A stretch of DNA of 32,000 nt, taken from the NCBI RefSeq assembly GCF_001465295.1, contig NZ_CP011034.1:2910001-2942000 (forward strand), read 5' to 3'. The notes under the pieces were generated by a model. The model ran no database searches. It was not told the DNA's origin and was given only the letters and a program-made list of their open reading frames with translations. The position numbers and the translations under genes are program-made. This document shows, piece after piece, positions 7,047 to 17,476 of this stretch (its first letter is position 1; each line of letters opens with the position of its first letter). Source of the DNA: Pseudoalteromonas translucida KMM 520. GTDB taxonomy: Bacteria; Pseudomonadota; Gammaproteobacteria; Enterobacterales; Alteromonadaceae.

Positions 7047-9341
7047 CTACTCATCAATAGCATTTTCAATTGGCTCGTCGTTTTGCGGGCTAAACTCTAC
7101 AACAGCTTCATCTACTCTTTGTAGGCCGCGTGGTAGTTTATTACCCCTACGTCCTCGCTCGCCATAATAATGCTCTAAATCACTTGGTTTAAGTGTTAGT
7201 TTTCGCTTACCTGCATGCAGCGTTACACTACTACCCTCAGGCACTACTGCTAATACTTTTACAAACTCTTCGCGGGCTTGTACTTTAGCCCCCGGAATAG
7301 AAATTATTTTATTGCCTTTACCTTTACCTAATTTTGGTAAGTCGCGCAGCGGAAATAACAACATCCGCCCTTCGTTGGAAATGGCCATACAATAATCACT
7401 AGCGACCTCGTTAACCCTAATTGGCGACAGTAATAAACCGCCTTTAGGTACGCTTACCAATGCTTTGCCATTTTTGTTTTTACTCACTAAGTCTTTAAAG
7501 TCAGTAATAAAACCATAACCTGCGTCTGATGCCATAAGTAAAACTTGGTTATCTTCGCCCATTACTACATGCTCAAAATTAGCTCCTGCACTAAGATTAA
7601 AACGCCCTGTCATGGGCTCACCTTGGCTACGTGCTGAGGGCAGGCTATGCGCATCGGTTGCAAAAGCTCGTCCTGCTGAATCTAAAAACACGGCGAGCTG
7701 ATTACTCTTACCCCGAGCTGAGGCTCTATAAGCATCACCGGCTCGATAACTTAACCCTTGCACATCTAAATCATGCCCTTTGCCAACACGTGCCCAGCCC
7801 TTGTCTGAAAGCACCACAGTGACCGACTCTGATGGGATTAAATCTTTTTCACTTAACGCTTTTGCTTCTAGGCGCTCAACAACTGGCGAGCGACGGTCAT
7901 CGCCATATATTTCAGCCGCTTCTTGAATTTCTTTTTTAAGCAACGTTGACATACGACGATCTGAGCCTAGCGTTTGCGCTAATTTATCACGCTCTTTAGC
8001 TAGTTCATCTTGCTCACCACGTATTTTAAACTCTTCAAGCTTGGCTAAATGACGAAGTTTTAGCTCTAAAATAGCTTCTGCTTGTATGTCTGTTAAATCA
8101 AAGCGCTCCATTAAAACTGGCTTTGGTTTATCTTCGCTGCGAATAATTTCAATCACTTCGTCAATATTTAAAAAGGCTGCTAATAAGCCTTCTAAAATAT
8201 GTAAACGCGCTAACACTTTATCTAAACGATATTGTAGGCGTCGACGTACTGTTTCGCGTCTAAACACTAACCACTCGGTTAAAATAGTCAGTAAATCTTT
8301 AACTTGCGGACGCCCATCTAGGCCAAGCATATTTAAATTTACACGATAGCTTTTTTCTAGATCTGTGGTGGCAAATAAGTGCGCCATTAATGGCTCAGCT
8401 TTAATGCGGTTTGAACGCGGAATAATGACGATACGAGTCGGATTTTCGTGATCAGACTCATCGCGTAAATCGGCTACCATAGGTAGCTTTTTAGCGTTCA
8501 TTTGCGCTGCTATTTGCTCCAGTACTTTACCGCCAGAGCATTGATGTGGCAGTGCAGTAATAACTATATCACCCTGCTCTTGCGTATAAACCGCACGCAT
8601 TTTTATTGAACCACGCCCGGTTTTATAAATTTTGTGAATATCGGCTTTTGGGGTAATTATTTCTGCGTCTGTCGGGTAATCTGGCGCATTTACTAAAGTA
8701 AGTAATTCTTCAAGCTCAGTTTTTGGTTTATCAAGTAATAAGCAACAGGCACTGGCTACTTCACGCACATTATGAGGCGGAATATCGGTTGCCATACCAA
8801 CTGCAATACCCGTTATACCATTGAGTAATATATGCGGTAAACGCGATGGCAGTACCACAGGCTCATCCATGGTGCCGTCAAAGTTTGGCGTCCAATCTAC
8901 CGTCCCTTGGCCTAGCTCTTTGAGGAGTATTTCAGAGAACTTAGATAAACGTGCTTCGGTATAACGCATTGCCGCAAACGATTTAGGATCGTCGGCCGCG
9001 CCCCAGTTTCCTTGCCCATCAACCAATGGATAACGATAAGAAAACGGCTGCGCCATTAATACCATGGCTTCATAACAGGCACTATCACCATGGGGATGGT
9101 ATTTACCTAGTACGTCACCCACGGTACGGGCTGATTTTTTATACTTAGCATTAGCTGATAACCCCAGCTCGCTCATGGCATAAATAATACGTCGCTGTAC
9201 TGGTTTTAAGCCATCGCCCACATGGGGTAATGCCCTATCCATAATGACGTACATAGAATAGTTTAAGTAGGCGTCTTCGGTAAAACGACCCATTGTTTGT
9301 TGCTCAATTCCTTGCATTAGCAAGGTATCTGTATCACTCAT
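7047..9341 (-). CDS. parC: DNA topoisomerase IV subunit A
   Basis: 764 aa, collinear with E. coli ParC ([35 protein letters not shown]). The quinolone-resistance-determining region (QRDR) reads [12 protein letters not shown]. Confidence 0.97.
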   Translation of the reverse strand: MSDTDTLLMQGIEQQTMGRFTEDAYLNYSMYVIMDRALPHVGDGLKPVQRRIIYAMSELGLSANAKYKKSARTVGDVLGKYHPHGDSACYEAMVLMAQPFSYRYPLVDGQGNWGAADDPKSFAAMRYTEARLSKFSEILLKELGQGTVDWTPNFDGTMDEPVVLPSRLPHILLNGITGIAVGMATDIPPHNVREVASACCLLLDKPKTELEELLTLVNAPDYPTDAEIITPKADIHKIYKTGRGSIKMRAVYTQEQGDIVITALPHQCSGGKVLEQIAAQMNAKKLPMVADLRDESDHENPTRIVIIPRSNRIKAEPLMAHLFATTDLEKSYRVNLNMLGLDGRPQVKDLLTILTEWLVFRRETVRRRLQYRLDKVLARLHILEGLLAAFLNIDEVIEIIRSEDKPKPVLMERFDLTDIQAEAILELKLRHLAKLEEFKIRGEQDELAKERDKLAQTLGSDRRMSTLLKKEIQEAAEIYGDDRRSPVVERLEAKALSEKDLIPSESVTVVLSDKGWARVGKGHDLDVQGLSYRAGDAYRASARGKSNQLAVFLDSAGRAFATDAHSLPSARSQGEPMTGRFNLSAGANFEHVVMGEDNQVLLMASDAGYGFITDFKDLVSKNKNGKALVSVPKGGLLLSPIRVNEVASDYCMAISNEGRMLLFPLRDLPKLGKGKGNKIISIPGAKVQAREEFVKVLAVVPEGSSVTLHAGKRKLTLKPSDLEHYYGERGRRGNKLPRGLQRVDEAVVEFSPQNDEPIENAIDE

Positions 9342-9351
9342 TAAAGCTTAC

Positions 9352-10446
9352 CTAGTTTTTCTTATAGCTTACACGGTAGATCACATTGGCGTAATCATCG
9401 CTTACCAATAGACTGCCGTCACCTAATTCTGCAAATGCAACAGGGCGTCCATATGTTGTTTCGTCTTGCATAAAGCCTGTAATAAATGGCGTATATTTAG
9501 TTACACGGCCTTGTTCTATAGTCGCTAATGCCACTTTATAACCTGACTTTTTAGAACGGTTCCACGAGCCATGTTCAGCAACAAATAATTGCTGCTTATA
9601 GTTTGCTGGAAATTGTTTACCGTTATAAAAATGAATACCCAAAGGCGCTACATGCGCCGGTAAGGCTAGTGCAGGTGAAGTATAGTCAGCAATTTTTTTA
9701 CCTTTTCCAAATTCAGGGTCAATAATTGCGCCCGCGTGAATATACGGAAAACCAAAATGCTCGCCCTCTTTAGTGACTCTATTTAGCTCATCTGGCGGAA
9801 TGTCATCACCCATCATGTCGCGACCATTGTCGCTAAACCATAACGCTTGTGTGCTAGGGTGAAAGTCAAATCCTACTGAGTTACGTACGCCTTGCGCCAG
9901 TGTAGTAATTTGCTTGGTTTCTACGTTTAACGCAAAAATACGGCCAAAACGCTCGTCTTCAGCGCAAATATTACAAGGTACACCAACCGGAATTATTAGC
10001 TCGCCAGTTGGGGCAAAGCGTAAAAATTTCCAACCATGATGGCGCTCTGATGGCAGCGCATCGTAAAGCACCTCAAACTGTGGGTTTTTTAGTTGCGTAT
10101 CAATATTTTTAAAACGAATGATGCGGTGTACTTCACCAACATATAAATCGCCATCTTTCATTGCTAAACCTGAAGGCATATTTAAGCCCTCTGCAACCAG
10201 CATTTTTTTATCTGCTACGCCATCGCTGTTATGATCAATAAGTGCATACACATTACCTGCCTTGCGCGAGCCAACATATACTATGCCTTTTTTTGATACT
10301 ACAACTTGCCGTGCATTTTCAACATCGCTGGCAAATAAGCTAAGCTCAAACCCCGGGGCTACCGTGAGTTTATCTAATATATTTTTAGCCATTACGGTAT
10401 TGCTAGTTAAACCTAGTAATAGCACTATTTTTAGTACCGTATTCAT
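9352..10446 (-). CDS. Secreted PQQ-dependent sugar (glucose/sorbosone) dehydrogenase-family beta-propeller protein
   Basis: Signal peptide MNTVLKIVLLLGLTSNTVMA is present. The motifs PGFELSLFA, GLAMKDGDLYVGE, HHGWKFLRFAPTGEL, RNSVGFDFHP, WFSDNGRDMMGDDIPPDELN and EHFGFPY are typical of the soluble GSDH/sorbosone dehydrogenase family. Confidence 0.78.
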   Translation of the reverse strand: MNTVLKIVLLLGLTSNTVMAKNILDKLTVAPGFELSLFASDVENARQVVVSKKGIVYVGSRKAGNVYALIDHNSDGVADKKMLVAEGLNMPSGLAMKDGDLYVGEVHRIIRFKNIDTQLKNPQFEVLYDALPSERHHGWKFLRFAPTGELIIPVGVPCNICAEDERFGRIFALNVETKQITTLAQGVRNSVGFDFHPSTQALWFSDNGRDMMGDDIPPDELNRVTKEGEHFGFPYIHAGAIIDPEFGKGKKIADYTSPALALPAHVAPLGIHFYNGKQFPANYKQQLFVAEHGSWNRSKKSGYKVALATIEQGRVTKYTPFITGFMQDETTYGRPVAFAELGDGSLLVSDDYANVIYRVSYKKN

Positions 10447-10480
10447 ATATTCTCCTTGTTTATTTAAACGCAGACGCTAA

Positions 10481-12370
10481 TTAAACTTGTGCCTTGTTAC
10501 CGTGATCCTCTAGCCATTGACGCCTATCTGCAGAGCGCTTTTTAGCCAGTAACATATCCATCATTTCCATGGTTAATTCTTCTTCATCCAAGGTGAGTTG
10601 CACTAAGCGTCGGGTATTTGGATCCATAGTGGTTTCACGCAGTTGCAACGGGTTCATTTCACCCAAACCTTTAAATCGCTGTACGTTTACTTTACCGCGT
10701 TTTTTCTCAGCTTCAATGCGCGCTAAAATACCGGTTTTTTCGTCTTCATCTAGTGCGTAATAAACATCTTTACCAATATCTATTCTAAAAAGTGGTGGCA
10801 TAGCAACATACACATGCCCTGCTTTTACTAGTGGCTTAAAGTGGCGCACAAATAAGGCGCACAATAAGGTAGCTATGTGTAACCCATCCGAGTCAGCATC
10901 GGCTAATATACATATTTTATTATAGCGCAGCGCTGTTAAATCGTCTGAATCTGGGTCTATACCTAATGCCACCGAAATATCGTGCACCTCTTGCGATGCT
11001 AATATTTGCCCCGAATCAACTTCCCAAGTATTTAATATTTTACCCCGCAGCGGCATTATTGCTTGAAACTCACGATCTCGCGCTTGCTTAGCCGAGCCAC
11101 CTGCCGAGTCACCTTCTACTAAAAACAGCTCGGTGCGATCGTTATCTGCGGCGCTACAATCGGTTAATTTTCCCGGAAGCGCAGGCCCTGCGGTTACGCG
11201 TTTACGGATCACTTTTTTAGCAGCACGTAAACGTCGCTGTGCATTAGAGATACACAGTTCAGAGAGTTGCTCGGCAATATCGGTATGCTCGTTTAGCCAT
11301 AAACTAAAGGAGTCTTTTACTACGCCCGATACAAATGCCGCACATGAGCGCGACGATAACTTTTCTTTAGTTTGACCGGCAAACTGCGGATCTTGCATTT
11401 TAACTGAAAGCACATAGCTACAACGCTCCCAAATATCATCTGGGGTGAGTTTTACACCTCGCGGTAATAAATTTCTAAACTCACAAAACTCACGCATTGC
11501 CTCAAGTAAACCTTGGCGCAAACCGTTTACATGAGTACCGCCTTGTGCGGTAGGTATTAAGTTTACGTAACTTTCGGCTATTGACTCGCCCCCTTCAGGT
11601 AGCCAAATCAATGCCCAGTCAGCACCTTCAATTGAGCTTGAAAACTCACCTACAAAGGGCACATCTGGTAATGTTTCGTAGCCTTTAATGGCTTCAATTA
11701 AGTAATCTTTTAAACCCGTTTCGTAAAACCATTCTTGGGTTTCTTTAGTTTGCTTATTAACAAACTTAATGCGTAAGCCTGGGCATAACACGGCTTTGGC
11801 TTTTAATAAGTGATTAAGTTTAGTGATTGAATAGTTGGGCGAATCAAAGTAACTAACGTCTGGCCAAAAGCGTACTGTGGTACCGGTATTACGCTTACCT
11901 ACCACGCCAATTACGCTTAGGTCTTCAACTTTGTCGCCATTTTCAAATGCCATTCTGTATTGCTGGGCATCCCGTCTAACGGTCACTTCTACACGGGTTG
12001 ATAACGCATTTACAACCGAAATACCTACGCCGTGTAAACCACCAGAAAACTGATAGTTTTTGTTAGAAAACTTACCACCAGCATGCAGTTTGGTAAATAT
12101 CAGCTCAACCCCTGGAATACCTTCCTCAGGGTGAATATCAATAGGCATACCACGGCCATCGTCACTCACTTCGAGCGAGTTATCTTCGTGTAAGATCACA
12201 TCTATTCGAGTGGCATGGCCGGCCATTGCTTCATCGACACTATTATCGATAACTTCTTGGCCTAAATGATTTGGCCGCGAGGTATCTGTATACATACCGG
12301 GGCGGCGTTTTACCGGATCTAACCCATTGAGTACTTCAATAGCTTCGGCGTTATAATTTTGCTGACTCAT
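10481..12370 (-). CDS. parE: DNA topoisomerase IV subunit B
   Basis: 629 aa. The N-terminus YNAEAIEVLNGLDPVKRRPGMYTDT, the GHKL ATPase region, the Toprim motif LFLVEGDSAGGSAKQARDREFQAIMPLRGKILN, and the C-terminal QRFKGLGEMNP are present. Confidence 0.97.
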   Translation of the reverse strand: MSQQNYNAEAIEVLNGLDPVKRRPGMYTDTSRPNHLGQEVIDNSVDEAMAGHATRIDVILHEDNSLEVSDDGRGMPIDIHPEEGIPGVELIFTKLHAGGKFSNKNYQFSGGLHGVGISVVNALSTRVEVTVRRDAQQYRMAFENGDKVEDLSVIGVVGKRNTGTTVRFWPDVSYFDSPNYSITKLNHLLKAKAVLCPGLRIKFVNKQTKETQEWFYETGLKDYLIEAIKGYETLPDVPFVGEFSSSIEGADWALIWLPEGGESIAESYVNLIPTAQGGTHVNGLRQGLLEAMREFCEFRNLLPRGVKLTPDDIWERCSYVLSVKMQDPQFAGQTKEKLSSRSCAAFVSGVVKDSFSLWLNEHTDIAEQLSELCISNAQRRLRAAKKVIRKRVTAGPALPGKLTDCSAADNDRTELFLVEGDSAGGSAKQARDREFQAIMPLRGKILNTWEVDSGQILASQEVHDISVALGIDPDSDDLTALRYNKICILADADSDGLHIATLLCALFVRHFKPLVKAGHVYVAMPPLFRIDIGKDVYYALDEDEKTGILARIEAEKKRGKVNVQRFKGLGEMNPLQLRETTMDPNTRRLVQLTLDEEELTMEMMDMLLAKKRSADRRQWLEDHGNKAQV

Positions 12371-12390
12371 AATTTTTATCTTTATATGCG

Positions 12391-12960
12391 CTAACTAGTT
12401 TTATTTAATTTAAGAAAATCGACAATGCTTGCAATAGTGCGCTCAAAGCCAATAAAGCTGTGATCACCACCAAATTCTATTAATTGCTTACAGTGTGAAT
12501 AATAATTTACTGCGTGTTGAAAATTTAACACTTCATCACCCGTTTGTTGCAACAAGTACAACAACTCAGGATGCTTTAACTCGCTCAATGTTAATACTTT
12601 TAAAGCATCTATATGACGGTTGTTTAGTTCATAATTATAATCTTGATACGGATTATAATTTGCCCCAAGTAAAGGCTGTAATAAATTGCCCGGTGCTACC
12701 GCTGGGTTAATAACCACCGCAGGAATATGATAACGCTGCGATAAATAGGTGGCAAAAAAACCGCCTAATGAACTACCTAATAACGCGGTATTAGGTGTGA
12801 TTAACTGCTCTAACTCGATAATAGCTTGCAGAGGTTCGTGGTTTAAACGCGGTACATAATAGTCAACATCATAGTGTGCCATAAGCTCACCAAAGCGCAC
12901 AGCTTTATATGATTTTTCAGAACTATTAAAACCGTGAATATAAATTACGCGCTTAACCAT
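12391..12960 (-). CDS. yqiA: YqiA-family esterase (alpha/beta hydrolase)
   Basis: IYIHGFNSS is at the N-terminus and the nucleophile elbow is GSSLGG. The position between cpdA and parE matches E. coli and Vibrio. It overlaps the cpdA end by 16 nt. Confidence 0.85.
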   Translation of the reverse strand: MVKRVIYIHGFNSSEKSYKAVRFGELMAHYDVDYYVPRLNHEPLQAIIELEQLITPNTALLGSSLGGFFATYLSQRYHIPAVVINPAVAPGNLLQPLLGANYNPYQDYNYELNNRHIDALKVLTLSELKHPELLYLLQQTGDEVLNFQHAVNYYSHCKQLIEFGGDHSFIGFERTIASIVDFLKLNKTS

Positions 12961-13754
12961 ATCACGTCCGTATTTATATGCACTTGCCCTTGCGATGAGT
13001 GTATATAAAGCATTCTATAAGCTGGGCCATTATTTTGCTGTTGCCACACTTTACTTTGCTTAGTAAATTGCACTGAGCTTGCCGGCGTAGCGTAAATATC
13101 AAGCCCTCTAAAACATTGCGTATAATCATTATGCACATGACCATGAATAAGCGCAGCAACGTTGCCATTATTAACCAGCGTATTTAACAGTTGCGGGCCA
13201 TTTTCAAGCATGTGTTTATCTAAATAACCGTTTATTGGCAGCGGATTATGATGGCAAAATACTAGCTGCTTGCTAACTGGCTGCGTTAAACAATCGGATA
13301 TTTCATTTAAATGCTCACTTGTCACCCAACCGGCTGGAGTGAGCCCTTTGGAGTTAATAAGTAATAGCTCAATATCAGTACTCGCGTTATTAGTTAGGTT
13401 ATTAGCCACCAAGCGCTTTGCTGCTTTTATTTGCCCACCACTTATTTGCTCAAGCAAGGCAATCTCGTCATGATTACCTGGTAGCCAAAATACTGGGCAA
13501 GTAAGTGTACTGTTGCTTATAAGCTCACTAAATAATAAGTAAGACTCTACACTATGATCTTGTGTTAAATCACCGCCAAATACCACTGCATCAAGTTGTT
13601 GTAACGCCATATGCTCAAGTGCTTGTTGAAAATATGTGGCGGTGTTTACTCCAAAGTATTCAGCGTTTTTATCAGCAAATAAATGGCAATCTGTAACATG
13701 AGCAATACGTAAAGATGGCTTATTAAAAGTATAAGTATTATCAAACCAAGCCAT
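12945..13754 (-). CDS. cpdA: 3',5'-cyclic-AMP phosphodiesterase (calcineurin-like metallophosphoesterase)
   Basis: The metallophosphoesterase motifs are present: HVTDCH, GGDLTQD, LPGNHD, FCHHNP and GHVHND. The synteny nudF-yqiB-cpdA-yqiA is conserved. Confidence 0.87.
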   Translation of the reverse strand: MAWFDNTYTFNKPSLRIAHVTDCHLFADKNAEYFGVNTATYFQQALEHMALQQLDAVVFGGDLTQDHSVESYLLFSELISNSTLTCPVFWLPGNHDEIALLEQISGGQIKAAKRLVANNLTNNASTDIELLLINSKGLTPAGWVTSEHLNEISDCLTQPVSKQLVFCHHNPLPINGYLDKHMLENGPQLLNTLVNNGNVAALIHGHVHNDYTQCFRGLDIYATPASSVQFTKQSKVWQQQNNGPAYRMLYIHSSQGQVHINTDVIWLSA

Positions 13755-14199
13755 TATTTACATCCCAATTTAGCGTGGCTTGGCCATGTTCAACACACGC
13801 CACAAGCCAATCATATAAAAAGGCGTTAAGTTGATATTTTTCATCTTTTTGGTGCATTTTAGGATTAGGATAGCCGTAAGAAGGTTTTATGCGCTGATGA
13901 TAGTCGTGATGAATAATTTCGGCCACTTTCGCGTCATTATAAAGCCTAACGGTTAAGTATAACGGGGTAATGCCTTTTACCATTCCTGATAGCTGTTTAA
14001 TTGACACATCCATAGTGTATTTAGCCATATCATCTATTTTTACAGCAAACTCACTGTTACCCAACTTTACCTCGCGAATACTTTGTTTAGTTTGCTCGCT
14101 TGGTAATAATTTTAAAAGCCGCACGTAATTATGCTCGCAAAGTGTTAAATACTTTGGAAGGTTTTGAATATATCTTTGGGTTGCTAAAAGTGCTGTCAA
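13741..14199 (-). CDS. yqiB: DUF1249 family protein (YqiB)
   Basis: LCEHNYVRLLKLLP...VRLYNDAKVAEI...YPNPKMHQKDEKYQLNAFLYDWL parallels E. coli YqiB (LCEMNF..LRRLLP...VRLYHDAMVAEV...[23 protein letters not shown]). The start is TTG. It overlaps the cpdA start by 14 nt. Confidence 0.75.
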   Translation of the reverse strand: MTALLATQRYIQNLPKYLTLCEHNYVRLLKLLPSEQTKQSIREVKLGNSEFAVKIDDMAKYTMDVSIKQLSGMVKGITPLYLTVRLYNDAKVAEIIHHDYHQRIKPSYGYPNPKMHQKDEKYQLNAFLYDWLVACVEHGQATLNWDVNNGLV

Positions 14200-14243
14200 A
14201 GTACCGCCATTACAATTTATAAATTACTATTTATGTATTAAGT

Positions 14244-14870
14244 TTATGCCCACTTGTTGATCATACCATCACGATTGAGCGCTAACCATTGCAAACAAAT
14301 AACCGTTGCGGCATTGTCTATTTCCCCATTATTAAGCCGTGCCAATGCATCATCTAGCGTTAATATATGGGTTTTAATATCCTCCCCTTCTGTTTCTAAG
14401 CCGTAAACTCCGCTGTGTACTTGGCTTAAATCGGCGCGGGCTAAATATAAATGTAACCGCTCAGTCGTGCCCCCTGGGCTTGAAAGGTAAGAAAGCATAA
14501 ACTCGAGCTCGGTTAAATTAAGTCCGGCTTCTTCATAGGCTTCTTTTTTTACTACCGCTGCATAATCCTCACTGCCGTCGGTCATACCTGCAATACATTC
14601 TAACAGCCATGGGGAGTGTTTGCTTTTTATTGCACCAATGCGTATTTGCTCAATTAATAACACTGTATCGGTTACAGGATCGTAAGGCAGTACGGCAATA
14701 GCATCACCGCGTTCTAAAATTTCACGGCTAATGAGTTGCGACTCGCCACCGGCAAATAATGCATGTTCAAATTGGTATAAGTTAATTTTAAAAAAACCAT
14801 CGTAAAGGTTAGTAATAGGTTTTAATCTCAGATCTTGGTGAGTAAATTCGATCAACTTTTTATTGGTCAT
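14244..14870 (-). CDS. nudF: ADP-ribose pyrophosphatase (Nudix)
   Basis: Collinear with E. coli NudF. The Nudix box GM.DGSEDYAAVVKKEAYEEAGL and the C-terminal IDNAATVICLQWLALN are present. Confidence 0.9.
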   Translation of the reverse strand: MTNKKLIEFTHQDLRLKPITNLYDGFFKINLYQFEHALFAGGESQLISREILERGDAIAVLPYDPVTDTVLLIEQIRIGAIKSKHSPWLLECIAGMTDGSEDYAAVVKKEAYEEAGLNLTELEFMLSYLSSPGGTTERLHLYLARADLSQVHSGVYGLETEGEDIKTHILTLDDALARLNNGEIDNAATVICLQWLALNRDGMINKWA

Positions 14871-15023
14871 ATAACTACCTCTTACTTATTTTAATAAACT
14901 AAAGTGGATTAATATATTCTGTTACACTTACAAACATTGTTTTACTAAATTATTTTTTAGTTATTAGCCAAAACAGGTTAACATGCCCAATAGTATAAAA
15001 TTTGTCTAAGGACCGAACCACAC

Positions 15024-16379
15024 ATGAAAAAGAACATCCTTGCGGCGCTGGTTAGTTTATCATGCGCAATTGGCGCTACAGCTGCTCACGCAGAAGATTT
15101 ACTACAAGTTTTTGAAATTGCGACAGCAAACGATCCTACCGTGTTAAAGGCAAAAGCCCAAGCGGATGCGCAATCTTATCAAAGTGATCGTGCGATGAGC
15201 GCATTATTACCTCAAATTGGTTTAAGCTTAGGCTACGAAAAAAGTGACTCTACCTCTTTTCAAGTTGATGAAAGTACTTTCAACCAAGTTAAACTAGAAA
15301 GCGATACTGACCAATTCACTCGTGGTGTTAGCTTAAGCCAAACACTGTTTGATTTAGGCGCATGGAATAACCTAGGTATTGCTGATAAACAAGCTCTACA
15401 AGCCAGTGCACAGTACGATTTTGCCAAACAAGATTTAATAGTGCGTGTTGCCGATGGTTACTTTAATGTATTAAGTGCTATCGATAGCCTTGAATTTGTT
15501 AAAGCTGAAAAGCGCGCTATTGAACGCCAATTAGAGCAAACAAAGCAACGCTACGCGGTAGGCCTAACTGCAATTACCGACGTACACGAAGCTCAAGCTC
15601 AGTTTGATAACTCAGTAGCACAAGAAATTGTTGCCGGTAATGCCGTAGAAACAGCGCGTGAACTACTACGCGAAATAACAGGTAAGTACCACGCAAAACT
15701 TGACGTTTTAAATACCGAAACATTTTCAACTGTAAAGCCAAATAAACCCTCTAGCGACTTAGTTAAAGTGGCTGAAGAAAAAAACTTAAATTTACAAGTA
15801 GCAAAAGTCACAGTTGATATAGCTAAAGATCAAATTGAGTTAGCGAAAGTAGGCCACTACCCAAAATTAACACTTGATGCGCGTTACGGTGACTCTTTAA
15901 CCAATCGCGACATAAATGGTACAAGTTTTGATAACCAACCTCGTGCCGATTCGACCACTATAGGTATTAACTTTAGTGTGCCTCTCTACTCAGGTGGTGC
16001 CACGGTTGCTGCAACTAATCAAGCACGTGCATTTTACGTCGCTGCAAGCCAAGATTACGAAACTAACTATCGCGCAGTTACACGCACAGTTATTACTTCT
16101 TATAATCAAGTGGTTTCAGATATAGCGACCTTTAGAGCGCTAGAGCAAGCGGTTATATCTGCCGAAAGTGCACTTAAAGCAACTGAAGCAGGTTTTGAAG
16201 TAGGTACTCGTACTATTGTTGATGTACTTGTTAGTACACAAAACTTGTACAATGCAAAACGTAACCTTGCCAATGTTCGCTACCGCTATGTGGTATCTAC
16301 GCTGCGCTTAAAACAAGCAACAGGAACACTTACAAATGCTGACTTAATGGCGATTAATAAAGGTTTAAACGCAATTTAA
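15024..16379 (+). CDS. tolC: Outer-membrane efflux channel TolC
   Basis: The signal peptide ends in AAHAEDLLQVFE, as in TolC. The family's two-repeat architecture is present (LLPQIGLSLGY...; GHYPKLTLDARYG...). It is divergent from nudF, as in E. coli and Vibrio. Confidence 0.93.
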   Translation: MKKNILAALVSLSCAIGATAAHAEDLLQVFEIATANDPTVLKAKAQADAQSYQSDRAMSALLPQIGLSLGYEKSDSTSFQVDESTFNQVKLESDTDQFTRGVSLSQTLFDLGAWNNLGIADKQALQASAQYDFAKQDLIVRVADGYFNVLSAIDSLEFVKAEKRAIERQLEQTKQRYAVGLTAITDVHEAQAQFDNSVAQEIVAGNAVETARELLREITGKYHAKLDVLNTETFSTVKPNKPSSDLVKVAEEKNLNLQVAKVTVDIAKDQIELAKVGHYPKLTLDARYGDSLTNRDINGTSFDNQPRADSTTIGINFSVPLYSGGATVAATNQARAFYVAASQDYETNYRAVTRTVITSYNQVVSDIATFRALEQAVISAESALKATEAGFEVGTRTIVDVLVSTQNLYNAKRNLANVRYRYVVSTLRLKQATGTLTNADLMAINKGLNAI

Positions 16380-16423
16380 CACAGCTTAGTGTCCCGTCCT
16401 GAAATAGGTTGACGGTTTTAATT

Positions 16424-16449
16424 AAAAGCCAGCATTTTGCTGGCTTTTT
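16424..16449 (+). terminator. Rho-independent terminator of tolC
   Basis: Stem gccagc (16428-16433) pairs with gctggc (16439-16444). An A-run precedes it and T5 (16445-16449) follows. It lies 45 nt after the tolC stop. Confidence 0.78.
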
Positions 16450-16504
16450 GTGTTTTATAGCGCTTAGCGTTAAACTAGCGTTTTTATTATTAGAGAATTT
16501 TTTT

Positions 16505-17428
16505 GTGGTTACCTCATCTCCTTTTAAAATATCTTTTTTGGGTCCTCGTTACTGGTTAACTTGGGTGGGTGTTTTCTTTTTATATTTAATTTCGTGGCTA
16601 CCACAAAAGCTACAACTAGCAATGGGCAAGCAACTTGGCCGATTAGTGCATAAATATATGAAACGACGCCGCCATATTGCTGAGGTAAATATAAAACACT
16701 GCTTCCCAGATATGAGCGAAGCAGATCAACAAGCATTAGTATTAAAAAACATGGAAAATACCGGAATGGCCATGGTCGAAACTGGTATGGCATGGTGGTG
16801 GCCAAAGTGGCGAGTGCAAAAAGCTTACGGGTCAATTAAAGGGCTTGAACACTTTGAGCGCATTCAAGCGTCGGGCAAAGGCGTGTTAATGCTAGTCCCG
16901 CATATTTTGCATCTTGAAATGGCGAGCCGTGTAATGGGATTAAAATACCAAGGTTTAGGCTTTTATCGCCCGCACAACAATGCGCTTATGGAATACTTTA
17001 CTACCAATGGTCGCTTGCGCTCTAACGAATATTTAATTGGCCGAAAAGACGTAAAAGGTTTATTAAAAGCACTTAAAAACAAAAAAATATGTTACTACTT
17101 ACCTGATCAAGATTACGGTCGTAAGCATTGTGAGTTTGTGCCTTTTTATGCCGTCCCCGATACAGCAACAACCACAGGAACGCTAATGTTCGCAGCCAGC
17201 AAACACTGTGAAACAGTTAGTTTAGTTAGCCGTCGCGACGAACACGGTAAATACCACTTAGAGGTATTACCTGAACTTGAAAACTTCCCCAGTGGCGACA
17301 ACAGAGCCGACGTCACTCGTGTTAACCAACGTATAGAGCAAGCAATTAATGCCGCTCCTGAGCAATATATGTGGCTACACCGCCGTTTTAAAACACGCCC
17401 CGATGAAAATAGCGCTTCTTTTTATTAA
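16505..17428 (+). CDS. lpxL: Lipid A biosynthesis (Kdo)2-lipid IVA lauroyl acyltransferase
   Basis: Collinear with E. coli LpxL (PRYWLTW...CFP.MSE...METGMAWWWP...YRPHNN.L...GRLRSN...KGLLKALK...YLPDQDYG...FVPF.AV...ATTTGT...PEQYMWLHRRFKTRP). GTG 16505 leaves 13 aa before PRYW, exactly as in E. coli. The ORF-track TTG 16409 start would read through the tolC terminator. Confidence 0.87.
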   Translation: MVTSSPFKISFLGPRYWLTWVGVFFLYLISWLPQKLQLAMGKQLGRLVHKYMKRRRHIAEVNIKHCFPDMSEADQQALVLKNMENTGMAMVETGMAWWWPKWRVQKAYGSIKGLEHFERIQASGKGVLMLVPHILHLEMASRVMGLKYQGLGFYRPHNNALMEYFTTNGRLRSNEYLIGRKDVKGLLKALKNKKICYYLPDQDYGRKHCEFVPFYAVPDTATTTGTLMFAASKHCETVSLVSRRDEHGKYHLEVLPELENFPSGDNRADVTRVNQRIEQAINAAPEQYMWLHRRFKTRPDENSASFY

Positions 17429-17476
17429 AAGTAGTGGTATAACAATAGACAATAAAAATAAAAATGAGTATCAACT

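Noticed and set aside
9069-9092. ParC quinolone-resistance-determining region, checked for resistance substitutions.
   Set aside because: The motif reads [10 protein letters not shown]. Ser (codon 9083-9081) and Glu (codon 9071-9069) occupy the positions equivalent to E. coli S80 and E84, which is the wild-type susceptible pattern.
16409-16504. TTG 16409 extension of lpxL.
   Set aside because: It would translate through the tolC rho-independent terminator (16424-16449). It adds 32 aa that are absent from E. coli LpxL.
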